From Bilabrum cf. latius (taxonomy: Eukaryota): DNA of 64,000 bases. Position 1 is the stretch's first letter. Each line of letters starts with the position of its first letter. The position numbers and the translations under genes are program-made. Positions 40,533-52,805 of the stretch are shown here, piece by piece. The notes under the pieces are model-generated. The model did not search any database and was not told where the DNA came from. It worked only from the letters and a program-made list of their open reading frames with translations. The stretch spans positions 62,001-126,000 of the forward strand of contig OZ237741.1 of assembly GCA_965178125.1 (NCBI GenBank), written 5' to 3'.

Positions 40533-40995
40533 TCAGCCAGCACGGGGTGGCGGGCTAAGTAACACCACAACATCTCCTCGGACAAACACCATCTCCATAG
40601 CTCGCTTCTCTGTCTGCGGTACAGGACGAAGAAGGTCGTAAGCACGCAAATGCGAAGGCTATCCTTAGAAAAACGCGCAGATGCCGCGATATCTCACATT
40701 TGTAACTTCCTCTCCTGTCGCTTCGTCCTTGCTAGTTCTTGTAATCGTCTCTTCAACCTCTCCCATGACCAAATTCATATGCTCATCGAAGGCCTGCGTT
40801 AATACAAGCGTCCGGTAGTCTAGCAGTACCAAAAATAACAAACACTGAAGACTAGGCAAACTGGAGTATCGGAAGATGCCTTACGTGCAGCTTTCCCCGG
40901 AGAGTGCGACCTCCCCTGCACTTCACAAACACCCTTTCATCCAATGACATCCGAACCAAGTCAATTGGGCGCTTCACACCGGTAGTAGCCGACAT
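40533..40995 (-). CDS. LSM3: U6 snRNA-associated Sm-like protein LSm3, 3 exons
   Basis: [28 protein letters not shown] / [17 protein letters not shown] / [18 protein letters not shown] stop. Confidence 0.93.
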
Positions 40996-41124
40996 TCTGC
41001 GACAAATATGTGATCTTGCCGATAGCTGTGGCGCCGCGCACTTTTGCAAGTTGCGGAACTTACGTTCCGAGCTTGAACGGGTGCCAACAGAAGTACGGCC
41101 CCAGCGCTACCATAAGGTAGTCTA

Positions 41125-42285
41125 ATGGCAGCTGCCGTAGCTACTGCATCTGATAAGGCTTCAACTGAAGACTCCAGGTAGTGGCAGTTGAAATCACCAC
41201 CATCAGATGGGATCACAGCTGTCAAGTTTGCCCCATCTGGCCACAACCTTGTGGCTAGCTCTTGGGATTGCAGCGTTCGCGTGTACGATGCTGACAAGAA
41301 CATGGTTATTGGTTCGTATCAGCACAAAGCTCCAGTGTTGTGCTGTGACCTTGCCTCTGCGACTATCGCCATCAGCGGTGGACTAGACCACACAATCCGA
41401 CATTGTGACATTGGGCGAGCAGAAAGCCAGCGCGTGATTGGATCCCACAGCGGTGGAGTTAGGTGCTTGTAGTGGAGCCAATCTCTGAATGCGGCAGTAT
41501 CGGGAGGATGGGACAAACAGGTCGCAATTTGGGACCCTAGGGCAGCGGACGCAAAGCAAGCATCCGGAGAGCTCTCGGAGCGATGCTTCGCGATGTGCGT
41601 GGCCGAAGCAAACCCTTCTTCCTCATCCAGAAGCAGCAGCAGTAGCAAGTCGAGCAGTTCTTCCGCGCCCTCCTCGGTGCGTATCGTGGCGGGGTGCGCC
41701 GACCGCAAGCTGCACATCTTCGACGCCCGGTCCATGGCCAAGCCCCTGGAGACCAGGGAGTCGCCGCTGAGCCAGCAGATCAGGAGCCTGGCTGCATTTC
41801 CGTCCGGGGGTGCCTTCGCCATTTCGAGCGTGGAGGGCAGAGTTGCCATCGAGATGCTGGACGGGACACCCTCGGCACACGGCAGCAGCAGCAGCAGCAG
41901 CAGTGGTAGCAGCTCGGCAACTGCGGTCCTGGAGCCCTCCCTCTCGCAGTTCTCATTCAGGTGCCACCGCACCAAGGTGGAGGGCGCGCAGGTTGCATTC
42001 CCGGTGAACTGCTTGGCCTTCCACCCCTCGCTGGGCGGGTTTGCCTCTGGTGGTTGCGACGGGGAGGTGTGCACGTGGGACGCCTACCACAGGAGGAGGC
42101 TGTCGCGGTGGGGAGACTTCCCCGCCTCGATCGCGGCCATCGATTTCTCGTCCGATGGCGCCCTCGCGGCGATCGCCAGCTCGTACACGTTCGAGGAGGG
42201 CGAGAAGGAGCACGAGGCGGATGCCATCTTCGTGAGGAGAGTCGAGGCAAAGGAGGTAACGCCCAAGGCCAAGAAGGCCAAGTGA
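41125..42285 (+). CDS. BUB3: Mitotic checkpoint WD40 protein BUB3
   Basis: PPSDGITAVKF, SSVEGRVAIE, FRCHR, PVNCLAFHP, FASGGCDG, AIASSYTFEEGEK; 2 TAG; TGA stop. Confidence 0.93.
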
Positions 42286-42448
42286 GCAGTGACATGATGA
42301 ATTCAAACTAGGGTTTTTGAGATTAATCGATAACGCTGTATCTGATCGGAATCAACTCAACCATTGCGATTCATGCCGAGCCACAGCTGGCCACTAGATC
42401 TGATCTAACTATCTATGCCTACACCCACCGCGCTCTACGGGACACGCC

Positions 42449-45107
42449 TCACATGTGCCCCTCCAGCACCCCCTTCGCCCAGGCCTTTCTCACCAGCACG
42501 TGATACGCACCCATGGTGACCTTCCCCTTGTTCCCCAGCATCCCCCGCACCCCCTCCGGCATCCAGAATGCCCGACCGAGGGACGATGAGGACCCCGAGT
42601 CTAAGAAGGGCTAGGCCCCCGCGCTCACCCAGCCGCCGCCGCCGCAGCGCCCCTCTTCCAGCCAGCCAGGGCTGCTGAGATCAGTGTCCGACACATCCCC
42701 GCCGCAGCCCGCCCCAGCACCGCTCTTGCTGGCCTGCTCCACCTCGGACCACAGCCTCCCACCGAGCACAGCCTCACCTGCCGTTGTATTCGGGTCCAGC
42801 CCCAGCCCCTCCAGCACTCCCGGCCCCACAACTTCCTCGGGGAACAACTCACCCAGGGTCAGGCCGCGGAACCACGGCTCCAGGTCCCCCACCACTGGGC
42901 CGACCGCCCGCCCGTCCCCTTTCCCACCGCCCCCTCCCCTGCTCCAAGGCAGGGCATAGTCTACCAACACGTCGCACTCAGACAGCGCCACGAAGCGGCG
43001 TGTGCTCTCGGCGCGGTTGGCGTCGTTGAAGCCCGCCAGCGCAGCAGAGGCCCCGCCCGCGGATCGGCTGAAGGGCTGTGGCAACTGGCCCCCGAACCCA
43101 GACCGCAGGAAAGCGACCTCTGCGGGGCCCCCGGGGATGGCGCTCGAGCTGCGGGGCTGCGCCAGCACCTCTCCCGCCCCTCTTGCCCTTACCTCAGCCT
43201 GCCTCTACCTCTGACTCTGACTATCGTCTGCCTGTGCCCCGGCTGCGTTCCCCCCCGATGACCTCGTCACGTCCGGAAGCAGGAAGCTCGTCCCGAACCG
43301 GTACCACTCCTTCCCCACGCACACCACGGCGCCGTGAGGCCGATCCATCTGGAGCACCGTCTTCTCCTTCCCCTCTACCTCTCCCCCCTCCAGCGCAGCA
43401 CGCTCGTCAGCGAGGTGCCAGACCCCGAGGCCCCGCCCCAGGCCCCCGGCCCTATGTGCCCCCAGCAGCGCGTCGATGCTGCTGAGGCGAGGCCCGTTCG
43501 CCCCTGCCAGCGCCTCGGCACCTTCTTTGGAACCAGGCACCAGCAGCTGGTGCACCGTGCTCCACGCAGACCGAGGAGCACCGTAGTACCTGGTGAGCGC
43601 GAGCACCCGCGAAGCAGCCAGCAGCCCCTGCAACGCTGCGAACGCAAGCACTGCCACCAGTGCCACAGATGCCCCGGGGGTGTGCCCTGCCTGCCCCTTG
43701 CCTGGGGCAGAACTGCTTGGTACCTAGCCGTTTGAGGGGCCGCTCTGCTGCCCCGCCCCATCATCGCCCCCGCCCTTCTCGCCCTTGCCTGCCCGCTGCC
43801 TCAGTCCGCGCTCGCTGCTATCATGCCCATGCGTTCCTTCAGAGCCCTCCCTGTCCCTTGCATTACCCTTGCCTATGCTCGAATCAGTCCCGTCTGTCTT
43901 TTTGTCCTGCCCCAATCCAGCGGCCTGGCTGTGGCTGCCCCTGCAGCCCCCCATCACGCACTCCAGCAGCGCCCACCACTCGGCCAGCGAGACGCCCGCA
44001 GCGGCCGCCATCAGCGGATAGGCAGGGAACAGGAACCGCTCCTCTTTGTGCGCGCGAGCTGACATGAAGCCCAGCCACCCGAGCGCGGGCAGGACAAGCA
44101 TCCCCGCCCACACCAGCCTGTCTCCTCTCACGCCCTCCCTGATCGCCCCGGCTACCAGCGCAACGGGCGCCGCCAGCATCAGGGGTAGCCACAGGCCGAA
44201 GTTGAGCGCACCGTTGAGCAAGTACCACTCCGGCGGCTCCACTCCGTAGAGGTCGCTCCCCTGCCCCCCTCCTCCCACCCCAAGGGCGTTGTACAGGAAG
44301 ATGTTCAGCACGGCCACGAGCGGCTTGCCGTACATGAGCCAGTCCACCGCAACGCTGACAGCCACCAGAGCAGCAGCAGAAGCGACGCCCGCCCCGAGCA
44401 CGCTGAGAGTAGAGTGCCCTCCCAGGCCCAGCAGCATGTGCAGCCCCATGGGCACGAAGAGGAGGGCACAGAACGGCCAGCCCAGCAGCACGGCCACTGC
44501 GCCTGCCACGATCGAGGCGCCCGTCCGTCCACGGAGCCACTCCGCGTAGCTCCATGCCACGCAGTACATGCTGAAAGAAGAAGGAAGCAGCGCGCTGGAT
44601 GCATGGGTTGGGCCGGCTGCCAGCAGGAGGGCCAGCGCGGTGCCAGCGGCGTAGCGCCAGCCGAAGCGGTGGCGGATCGCAGAGACTAAAGCGGTGTCTG
44701 CAACCGTCGCGACCAGAGCAAGAACGATCTGCGTCAAACGCAGTCCTGCAACCTTACTCAAGCCAAGTAAGTTTGACGACAAGAAAGCAGGAATCTCATT
44801 TATTCCGATGTATAGCCAGGATCGGAACGCGTACGTCGGGCTGCGATGCAGGTATTGAGTGAAGATGTTCGCAAGCCTGTAGCACAGCAACAGCAAATAC
44901 ATTAAGTGGTTCGGAATTAAAGAATACTCACCTGTATTCCCATGTCTGATAGCCCCTGCCATGCAAACCGTAGTGAATCTGCTCCCAATAATTAAACTGT
45001 TCATCACAATCACTGAAGTGTAGGCCAGATAATGCTACCACCCTCCAGATAAACAATATTGCACCAATTATCTATGGGGGCGGTAAAATTACGGGTTGAT
45101 CGACCAT
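42449..45107 (-). CDS. ALG9: Alpha-1,2-mannosyltransferase ALG9 (GT22)
   Basis: SDCDEQFNYWE...QTWEYS/PTYAFRSW across one intron, HKEERFLFPAYP, VCVGKEWYRF, FGGQLP, PFLD...RAFWMP after a TAG; TGA at 42449. Confidence 0.93.
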
Positions 45108-45224
45108 ACTACCAGAGATTATCAATGCAATGGATTGTTGCAGTTCGGTTAATGGGTCTATAATATCACGCAACAATTCACTAATCACACACACCTTCCA
45201 GCTCGTTGCTCACAAAGACGCTGA

Positions 45225-46502
45225 ATGCTCCGTAATGCAATCGTGAAATCCCGTGCCACTAGGATATGTTAGAGATTAGTATATGATTCGTAGTCACATG
45301 TCATTATTGGCCGGAACAGACCACTATTGCGTGGACGAAGTGTTGTGCAGCGACAAGCTGATCGGTGCAAATCTTCAACTGGGTTCTGGGGCAGCGTATT
45401 CGGAACTAGTGATGATGATATGAGTCGGTAGCATAGAGAGAGAAGATTGTTGAAGTGAGGTGAAACATCTCTCAGGGATCGCTCATGGCGTACACGGTAC
45501 AATCTGTGCACAAATGCCACGCAACTGCTTCAGCATCCACCTATACGCAGGTTTGAACCGCAAGAGATATACGACGTCGTAGCATCTGTAGATTAGTACA
45601 AGGAATTCGTGCCATGGTGCGTGTCATCACGCATTATCAGCCAGGAACCTGACGGCACGCGAATGGAGGCGGAGCTTGCGGTCGGTTTCCAGATGTTCGT
45701 GGAGCGGTACGTCTCGGTGGTGACCCTCGAGCCTGGGCGACGCGTTGAGGCTGTTGCCAGGGACACGCAGCTTTTCTCCACCCTCGTGAACGAGTGGCGG
45801 CTTGAGCCAGGCCCGCAGCCGGGCACATGCTGGCTGGACTTCAGGGTGGATTTCTCCTTCCGCTCCCCTCTGTACACGGGCGCCGCAGACATGTTCTTCG
45901 ATGAGGTGGTCCGCCGCATGGTCGCGGCCTTTGAGAGCAGGGCGCGGTGGATCAGGCAGCAGCGGGGGCGAGGGTAGTCCGGCGGGCAGGATGACACGGC
46001 AGTGCGTGAGCAAGAGAGCAGCGGTGCTAGTCGACCGGAGAAACAAAAGCGGGCAGATTCAGATGGGAATGGGGGTGTTGTCAAGGATACAGGTGACCGC
46101 GGTCCTATGGGAGCTAGAAAAGAGCGGGCAGAAGGCAAGCAGGCAGCAGCAGGGAGTGGCAGGCGTAGCAGCGGGTCAATCGACACCCGGCAAGACGGCA
46201 CATAGGGCGCAGGTTTCGGCATTGGAGCCCAAGACGGCATATAGGGCGCAGAATTCGGCATTGGAGCCCATGATGATGCTTAGGACCGGGATGAAACCAC
46301 GCAGCGTGCTGGTACACAATCACGAACGGTAGAGCGCCTGCAGCCTCCAAGGCTGAAGCATCAGCACGGCCAGGGGCACGGGACAGCTGGACAGCGGCAA
46401 CCGGCGGATACCCCAGACCACGGCCCCCGTATCAGGCTCAAGCCGAGAGGGGTGCGCGGGTCACGGCCTCCACCTCTGCCTCCCGTGGGCGGGCTATGGT
46501 GA
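45225..46502 (+). CDS. COQ10: Coenzyme Q-binding START-domain protein COQ10 with low-complexity tail
   Basis: Transit-peptide-like start; intron 45455-45550; YDVVASVD[TAG]YKEFVPWC, LAVGF, ERYVS, MVAAFESRA; about 8 TAG; TGA 46500-46502. Confidence 0.85.
46191..46268 (+). repeat. 39-bp tandem duplication in the COQ10 tail; both copies carry an in-frame TAG
   Basis: caagacggcacatagggcgcaggtttcggcattggagcc / caagacggcatatagggcgcagaattcggcattggagcc. Confidence 0.85.
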
Positions 46503-46982
46503 GCAGAGCTGGTGCTCGTGCGATGGGCCCCGTGCGTGAGACCTGCCCGCGTGCTGCAGACGACAGCACAGCACAGGGAACAAGAGGCCCACTCCAGTGG
46601 TGGCCAATTGGTGGGCGAGCCTAAAATAAGACGCCGCAACCGCTACATCAGACTCCGCTACTCCTCCCCGGGGCTTGCTTAGGCCTCGGCCACGCCAACG
46701 CCACTGCCAGTGCAGGTGTGGCTTCAGCTGCAAGCTCCACGGGCAGATCGCACACGACTGGCAGGCTCACTAATGGCTTGGTTCGTGGTCGCGAACCAGG
46801 ACGCATAGGCTGGATCCGCTGGCCTGGTCCTCCCAGTGACAGGGCGCACATCACCTTTCGTTGCGGTGTGCACTCCACGCTGCCGACCGGCCCTTCGCTG
46901 GTGGCAGCTAGCTGCTAGCCAATGGCATTGTGCGCCCATATGCCGGCTAGTTTCGCCATGGGTCTGATCGGTGATTTTCAAT

Positions 46983-47360
46983 TCATCCCTTGGTTGGAGA
47001 GGGGTGAGTAGCCGGTCGTCTCCACAGCCTTAGATTCACTATTGCAGGAGGTGGTCCGGCGGGAAGGCCGGACCGAGCGACCGACAAGCGCAGCCGTCCC
47101 AGCGGCTCGCGGCGGAGATGATGGAGGGACGCCGCCGAGATGCAGTGGTCCGCATGTAGTACGGAACAGTCTGGCTCCCCTTCGGGCTGCATCAGCTCGA
47201 TGGTTGCTACGGTTTGAAACACGCCGTCTGCATCGTTCTCAATCTTGATCTAAGCGGCTCCTCTGTTCTTGAAAGTTATCAGTTCGAGCCTCCTCGTATC
47301 AGCGAAAATTTCTACATTTCCACGATCATCCTGCTTCACTTCGAATGCCAGCGGGTTCAT
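46983..47360 (-). CDS. Small hypothetical protein (weak nicolin-like ELITFKN motif)
   Basis: ATG at 47360, one TAG, TGA at 46983; head-to-head with DCTN2; 3' end may be spliced. Confidence 0.4.
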
Positions 47361-47450
47361 GGTTGTCAAGAATAGCCGCAGCTCTTTTCAAATGAGTTGC
47401 ACTTCCGGCCTGTGCACCTGCGGCCGTGAGTGTCCACTCCTGCGGTGAAA

Positions 47451-49006
47451 ATGTCATCATCGAAGGCGTCTGACCCTCAAGATGATGAAATTTTCGAATC
47501 CCCTGATGATGATGCCCTGGAAGACGATGGCATTGGGCGGCATATTCCAGTGCTTGGCATGGAAGGGTTGGAAGACCCCGAGATGCTGGAGGGAGATTCG
47601 TTGCAGGAACCGAAGATCGACGCACTGCATGCTTTTGAGACATTCATGGGCAGAACGTACGATTCTGCAGAGCGTGAGTCGTCGAACCCGCGGTACCTGA
47701 ACTGGCAGATCTCTCATGACCGTCTTTGCTTGAAGCACGCCCGCTCTCTCTCCACGTTACAGGCTTGAACACGAAATCGAAGCAGTAGCTGGCATCTGAT
47801 GCCGAACTTGCCAAGCAGGCTGCCTCGCGAGGGGCAGAAGTTGCTGCACTAGCCTCTGGAGACTCAGCTGGGCTCCCGCGACTGCCGGAGGCCCAGGCGA
47901 GCGCGAGCGAGGCTCGGCGGGACGGGGCCGCCAGGAGCGAAACCCCCTTGCAGAGAGCACTGCGATTACAGGCAGAGTTAGCCGAGCTGGCAGGCGATCT
48001 TGCCGAGGCAGAGCAGGCGAGAGCTGCAAAGCGCACCGCCGCCGCTGACCCCGCCGAGGGGACATCCTCGGCGGGCCCCCACGACACCCTGGGAGTCCTC
48101 TCCCGGGAGGTGTCCCGCATGCAAGCCAGCATGGAGGCTCTGCAGGGGGCAGCTGCGCGCGCGGGAGACGCGGCGGCCGGCCAGCTGGCCCGCGGGAGCG
48201 GCCCCTCGTCCTCCGCTGCAGCTGGCTCTGTGCTCGCTCTGTCCCAAGGGCTGGGAACGGCCCCTGCTTCCTCGGCAGCTGCCGTGGGGCGGATTCTGGA
48301 GGATCAGGGGTAGGATGAAGGTACGGACCCTGGACGCGGCCAGCGCGGGGGTGCACCACCATCCTCCTCATCCTTCTCCTCCTCCTCGCTGGATGCCGCT
48401 GCCCTGGAGGCCCGGCTGGCTGCACTCGAGCAGGTGCTCGGCGGGGAGGGGGAGGGGGAGGCGAGCATGGGGCGGGCCATTGCCGGGGCCGGGGCAGCTC
48501 TGGGCATCGCTGGGAGGCTCTCGAGACTCGAGTCCCAGCTGGGGCTGCTGCGGCCCGCCGCACTGCAGGCGGCCAGGGGCAGGGCGAGGGCGGCGGCAGC
48601 AGAGCTAAAGGTGCTCGAGGCCCAGGCGCGTGCCGCCGCGGCAGCTGTGACGTGTGGGGACGGTCCCGGGGCAGTTGACGGGGCGGGGGCGGCGGTGCGG
48701 GAGGCCGTTGGCGTGCTTCGCCGCCTAGACGCGCAGGCCGCCGCTGTTCCGTCGCTGCTCGGGCGGCTGCGTGCTCTGGCCGTGCTCCATGCCGAGTCTG
48801 CCGAGTTCTCCGGTCGATTGTCCGCTGCCGAGGAGGCCGTCGGGGCGGTGGAGGCGAGGCTCGCGGCGGATGCTGCCGCGGTGGGGGCCCTGCGGGAGGC
48901 ACTGGAGGCGGCGGGGGGAGCTCTGGAGGGCAGTCTGAGGGCGGCGGAGGGGACAGGCGGGGAAGGTGTGGAGGGGGAAGGGGAGGGGGACCCTGAAGGG
49001 GAGTGA
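47451..49006 (+). CDS. DCTN2: Dynactin subunit 2 (p50 dynamitin)
   Basis: EIFESPD, AFETF, ETPLQRALRLQAELAEL, LEARLAALEQVLG, VPSLLGRLRALAVLHAESAEF; intron 47674-47762; 2 TAG; TGA stop. Confidence 0.8.
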
Positions 49007-49192
49007 GTCGTCCCCTGCAAGGGGTCACTTGGGAGGAGGTGGAATGGTGTGGAGATGGTCCGGCGCAGCTAGAATACTACCGGGCAAGGGTGATGCGCAT
49101 CCACCCGCCGGAACCTGAAGGCTCAGCAAGGCTTCCGGTTTTTCAAGCCGACGTTGACTTTCACTCACTTTTTGATACCTTGTGTTTGTCCT

Positions 49193-52100
49193 ATGCCAGA
49201 AGAGGATACGGCGGCTTCGTCTCCAAAATCTCAAAATACCAAAAGCGAGAATGCTAGTGACTCTGACCAGAGCCAGGACGAGCCGTGCTTTTGCGCACCA
49301 TTCTGCTGCGAAGCTTGCAAGCCGTTGTGTGGAAGCTACGTTATCTCGATCCTCCTACTCTGCTCAAGTGTGATATTTACTGCGGTGCCCTGGGGCTATG
49401 TCAGCTTTTCTGCTGATTCACTGCGAGAATTTGAAGGTGAGACCTACGCGGCCGGTTGTTCGCGAGCGATAATATTGCCTCGACCGGTTGCTCGTATCGC
49501 ACTAGACCCACTTCAAGATAGCGCTCTCCGCAGGGTACTCAAACACCGAGATAGGGTTAGTGCTGCTACTGCTTGTTGCTGTTTTTGTCCACTTACATGC
49601 CGTCATGCGTGAGCTTGGAGTCAAACACTGAAATCCACCATGCTTCACCGTAGGTTCTTAATACCGTTCTTTGGAGCGGCCAATATGGTCATGGTGAGCA
49701 TTCAACTAGCTCTTAATATGCAAGGATATAGGGAGTAGCCGATTGCGGCCGCTACTTGCTCGTTTTGCGGGCCACTTCGTCAAGATCTTCGAGCTCAATA
49801 ATGCCCGCAGACGGTTATGGTGGGAAACTTCGGGCAGCATTTTCATCCAAAGCTGCTCATTATTGGGGCGGTGGCTCTCATGGGAGGGTGTGAGGCAAGC
49901 ATGCAGGAAATTCGATGCTTGATGCCAGCACGACTATGCCCAGCCGACTGGGGCACCTGTTCATGCCCTTGCACCTCAATCGTTTCGATTCTGTCGCAGC
50001 TGCTGCAATCATCGCTTTCATTCCAGCCTATGTGGCGCTGCTTGGTGGATTCATGCTGTTTGGTGCGGGGTATGCCGTGTTCCGGGTGATACCGTACGAC
50101 CGTGAGAGATTGCGATCAGATGCGATCCACCGATCCCTGCGGGCTTAGTGGGCTTGATCAATTGGGATCGGCCTGCAGGGCGCATCAAGAGATGCTCTGC
50201 TTACAGCTTATGCGCGTACTGTGCTTGCGACCAACTGCAGCTGGCGCTGCAGGCCATCGGAGCACTTGCTCCGTGCTCCTTTTTGCTGCTTGCTCCTTGC
50301 CTCTGCGTTGGTCCGCGTCCACGCGCATGCTTCCCCAACGTCCATTGCCTACTATCTCTAGCTGGAATTCCCGCAGAGGTGATCGCGCTGATCAAGAACC
50401 CGTTCGCCCAGCGCGTGTGGAGGCAGGGCTTCGAGATCTCGGCCCAGACTCTCGGACCCTCTGGCGGTCGGCTCCTCATGATGCTGTCCACGAGCCTCAT
50501 CGTGGGGAGGTTCGGATGGAGGCTGCCCTGGATCGTCACGGCGGTGGCATGTGGAGCCAACTGCGCGCTGATCTTTGTGTTCGCCGACTACGCTCCACAG
50601 GCGAGCAGCGCGGATGTGGCCAAGGCCCAGGGGCACGGGGCCGAGCACACCGCTGAGGAGGAGCGCAAGCAGCTCGAAATGGCGGCCAAGCAGGCGGGGA
50701 AGGATGACCCTGACGTGAGAGGACCGCACAAGAGCGACAAGGGTGGCAGTGGTAGTGGTAGTGCTAGTGGTAGTGCTAGTGGTAGTGGTATTGGTAGTGT
50801 TGGAAGCAACGAACAGGACAAGGACAAGGACAAGGACAAGGACAAGGAGTCAGAGGGGCGTAAGGTGGACGGCCATGGGGGCGCTGCGTCCAGCGACAGC
50901 GGCGATGATGACCATTACGATGACGATGACAAGGACCTGACCCACGAGACCCAGGAGCAGCTGCAGCTACGCGCCCTCAAGGCAGACAACCTGACCTACC
51001 TCGAGATGGCCAAGCTCTTCTACTGCAACCCGACTGCCGTGGTGCTGCTCGCTGGGTGCACCTCCATCGCCTACTTCTCCAACGGATCCAGCGTGTGGGC
51101 CCCCTCCATCGCCAAGAACCTCTTCTACAACGAGACGGTGACCGCCTACCTGGATGAGGGCAACTCGCTGCAGCAGGCAGAGCAGCTGGCAGACACCGAG
51201 ATCAAGGGATCCATCAGCGCGGCCGCCATGATGGCGTTCCCGCTCGGGGTGGGGCTGGGTACCGCAGCTCTCATCCTGGTCTCCGGCGTCATCCCTGCCA
51301 TGCGAGTCTCCTGGGCCTTCGTGGCGGTGGCAGTGGTGCCTGCGGTGTTCTATGCCACTGCTGATAGCTTCATCCAGTTCGTGCTGTCCTTTGCGTTCGC
51401 GCTCGCTTTCGCCAACTTCCCGCTGCTGTTCCTCAAGTCTATTCCCACGTACCTCCGGTTTCCCCGCGCCCTGGTCAAGTTCGCCATCTCGAGGTACTCG
51501 GCCTTCTACTCCGTCATGGGCGACGTCATCGCGCAATTCACGCTGGGCATCCTCCTCGACAACGCGGGGGCGCGCACCACGCTGCTGGTGCTCTTCAGCG
51601 CGCTGTGCGTGGCTTTCGCGCTGTGGAGCGTGCCGTTCGTGTGGTCTTTCCTGGCGGAGAGTCCCGTGAGCATCATCTACACGATGGAGCTCAGGAAGCT
51701 GCAGGACAGGAGAGCCAAGCTCAGGCGCGCCCTAGAGTCGGTGCGGCTCAGGACCAAGAAGAGGGCCCACCTCCTCGGCATCATCCACCACATGCACCCG
51801 CATCCTGCCGCCAACCAGACCGACAGGGAGGCCCAGGAGAAGGACGAGCACATGGTCAGGGTGGCCAGAGAGCGCATGCAGCTGCACAGATCCAGGGGCA
51901 AGCTGGATGAGCTTGCTGAGAAGAGGCGTGAGATTGCCGAGAAGGAGCGGGCCAAGAGGTCGGCGGACTGCTGCGGGGGCTGCTGCCACGATGAGCTGCA
52001 CGAGGAGGACCCGGAGGACAGCGAGTCCATCGGGCTGACGGAGCGGTTCGGGTTCTGCAAGTGGTGCGAGCTGAGCGTGGACGGAAACTCGATCCTGCCT

Positions 52101-52361
52101 TCTGTCCGGGAGCAGGTGTAGGCGATCGAGCACGACGAGGAACACGTAGGGGTGGGGCAGCACTGCGTGAGGGCCTCGGATGTGCTGAGGGACAGCATCG
52201 GGGGTGGGGAGAGTGGGAGTGGGAATGGGAATGGGAGGGTGTCGGGGCCTGCCGCTGCGGTCCCGCGAGGAGGACAGAGGGGCAGCGGCGAAACCAGTGG
52301 GGCAGCTGCTTCAACCGAGCATCCGGGCAGGACAAAGAGTGGCGTTGCATCGGCCGTGTGA
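49193..52361 (+). CDS. MFS-type multi-pass transporter with several small 5' exons
   Basis: About 12 hydrophobic segments, QTLGPSGG and FGWRLPW, large central loop; predicted 22-nt exon 49534-49555; TAG at 52119 read through to TGA at 52361. Confidence 0.7.
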
Positions 52362-52805
52362 TGCCACAGCTCTCTATAGGCCTAGCGGGCCGTCACGAAC
52401 TATCAGATCAGCTCAATACCTGCACCATCCACCAAGAGAGCCGCCGGCGATGCCACATGGATGCCCGTCTTGGGCCACGTCCTTGTCAGTTCGCTGTTGC
52501 CCCCATTGCCCGTCCGTCGAGGGGCACCGTCCTGTGGCATGGCTCCTCTGAATGGTATCGCCGTATCTCGCGCCTGCCCTGCTCACGTCCCGCCGTGTCT
52601 GTCACGCTGGCCTCTCGCTCTCGTACCGGCTCCCCCACCCTGCCCCCAGGAGAGAATCGTTTTTTTCTTTTTTAGAATCCGTATCCTTTTTTTTTCTCGG
52701 ATTCCACTCGTGAGATCATGGTGCACCGTGCACGGATCGTAAACCAGTATTGGCACGCTATCAGTGGACTTGGAGCTCTCATCTCTCATCCCGGAATGTA
52801 TACCA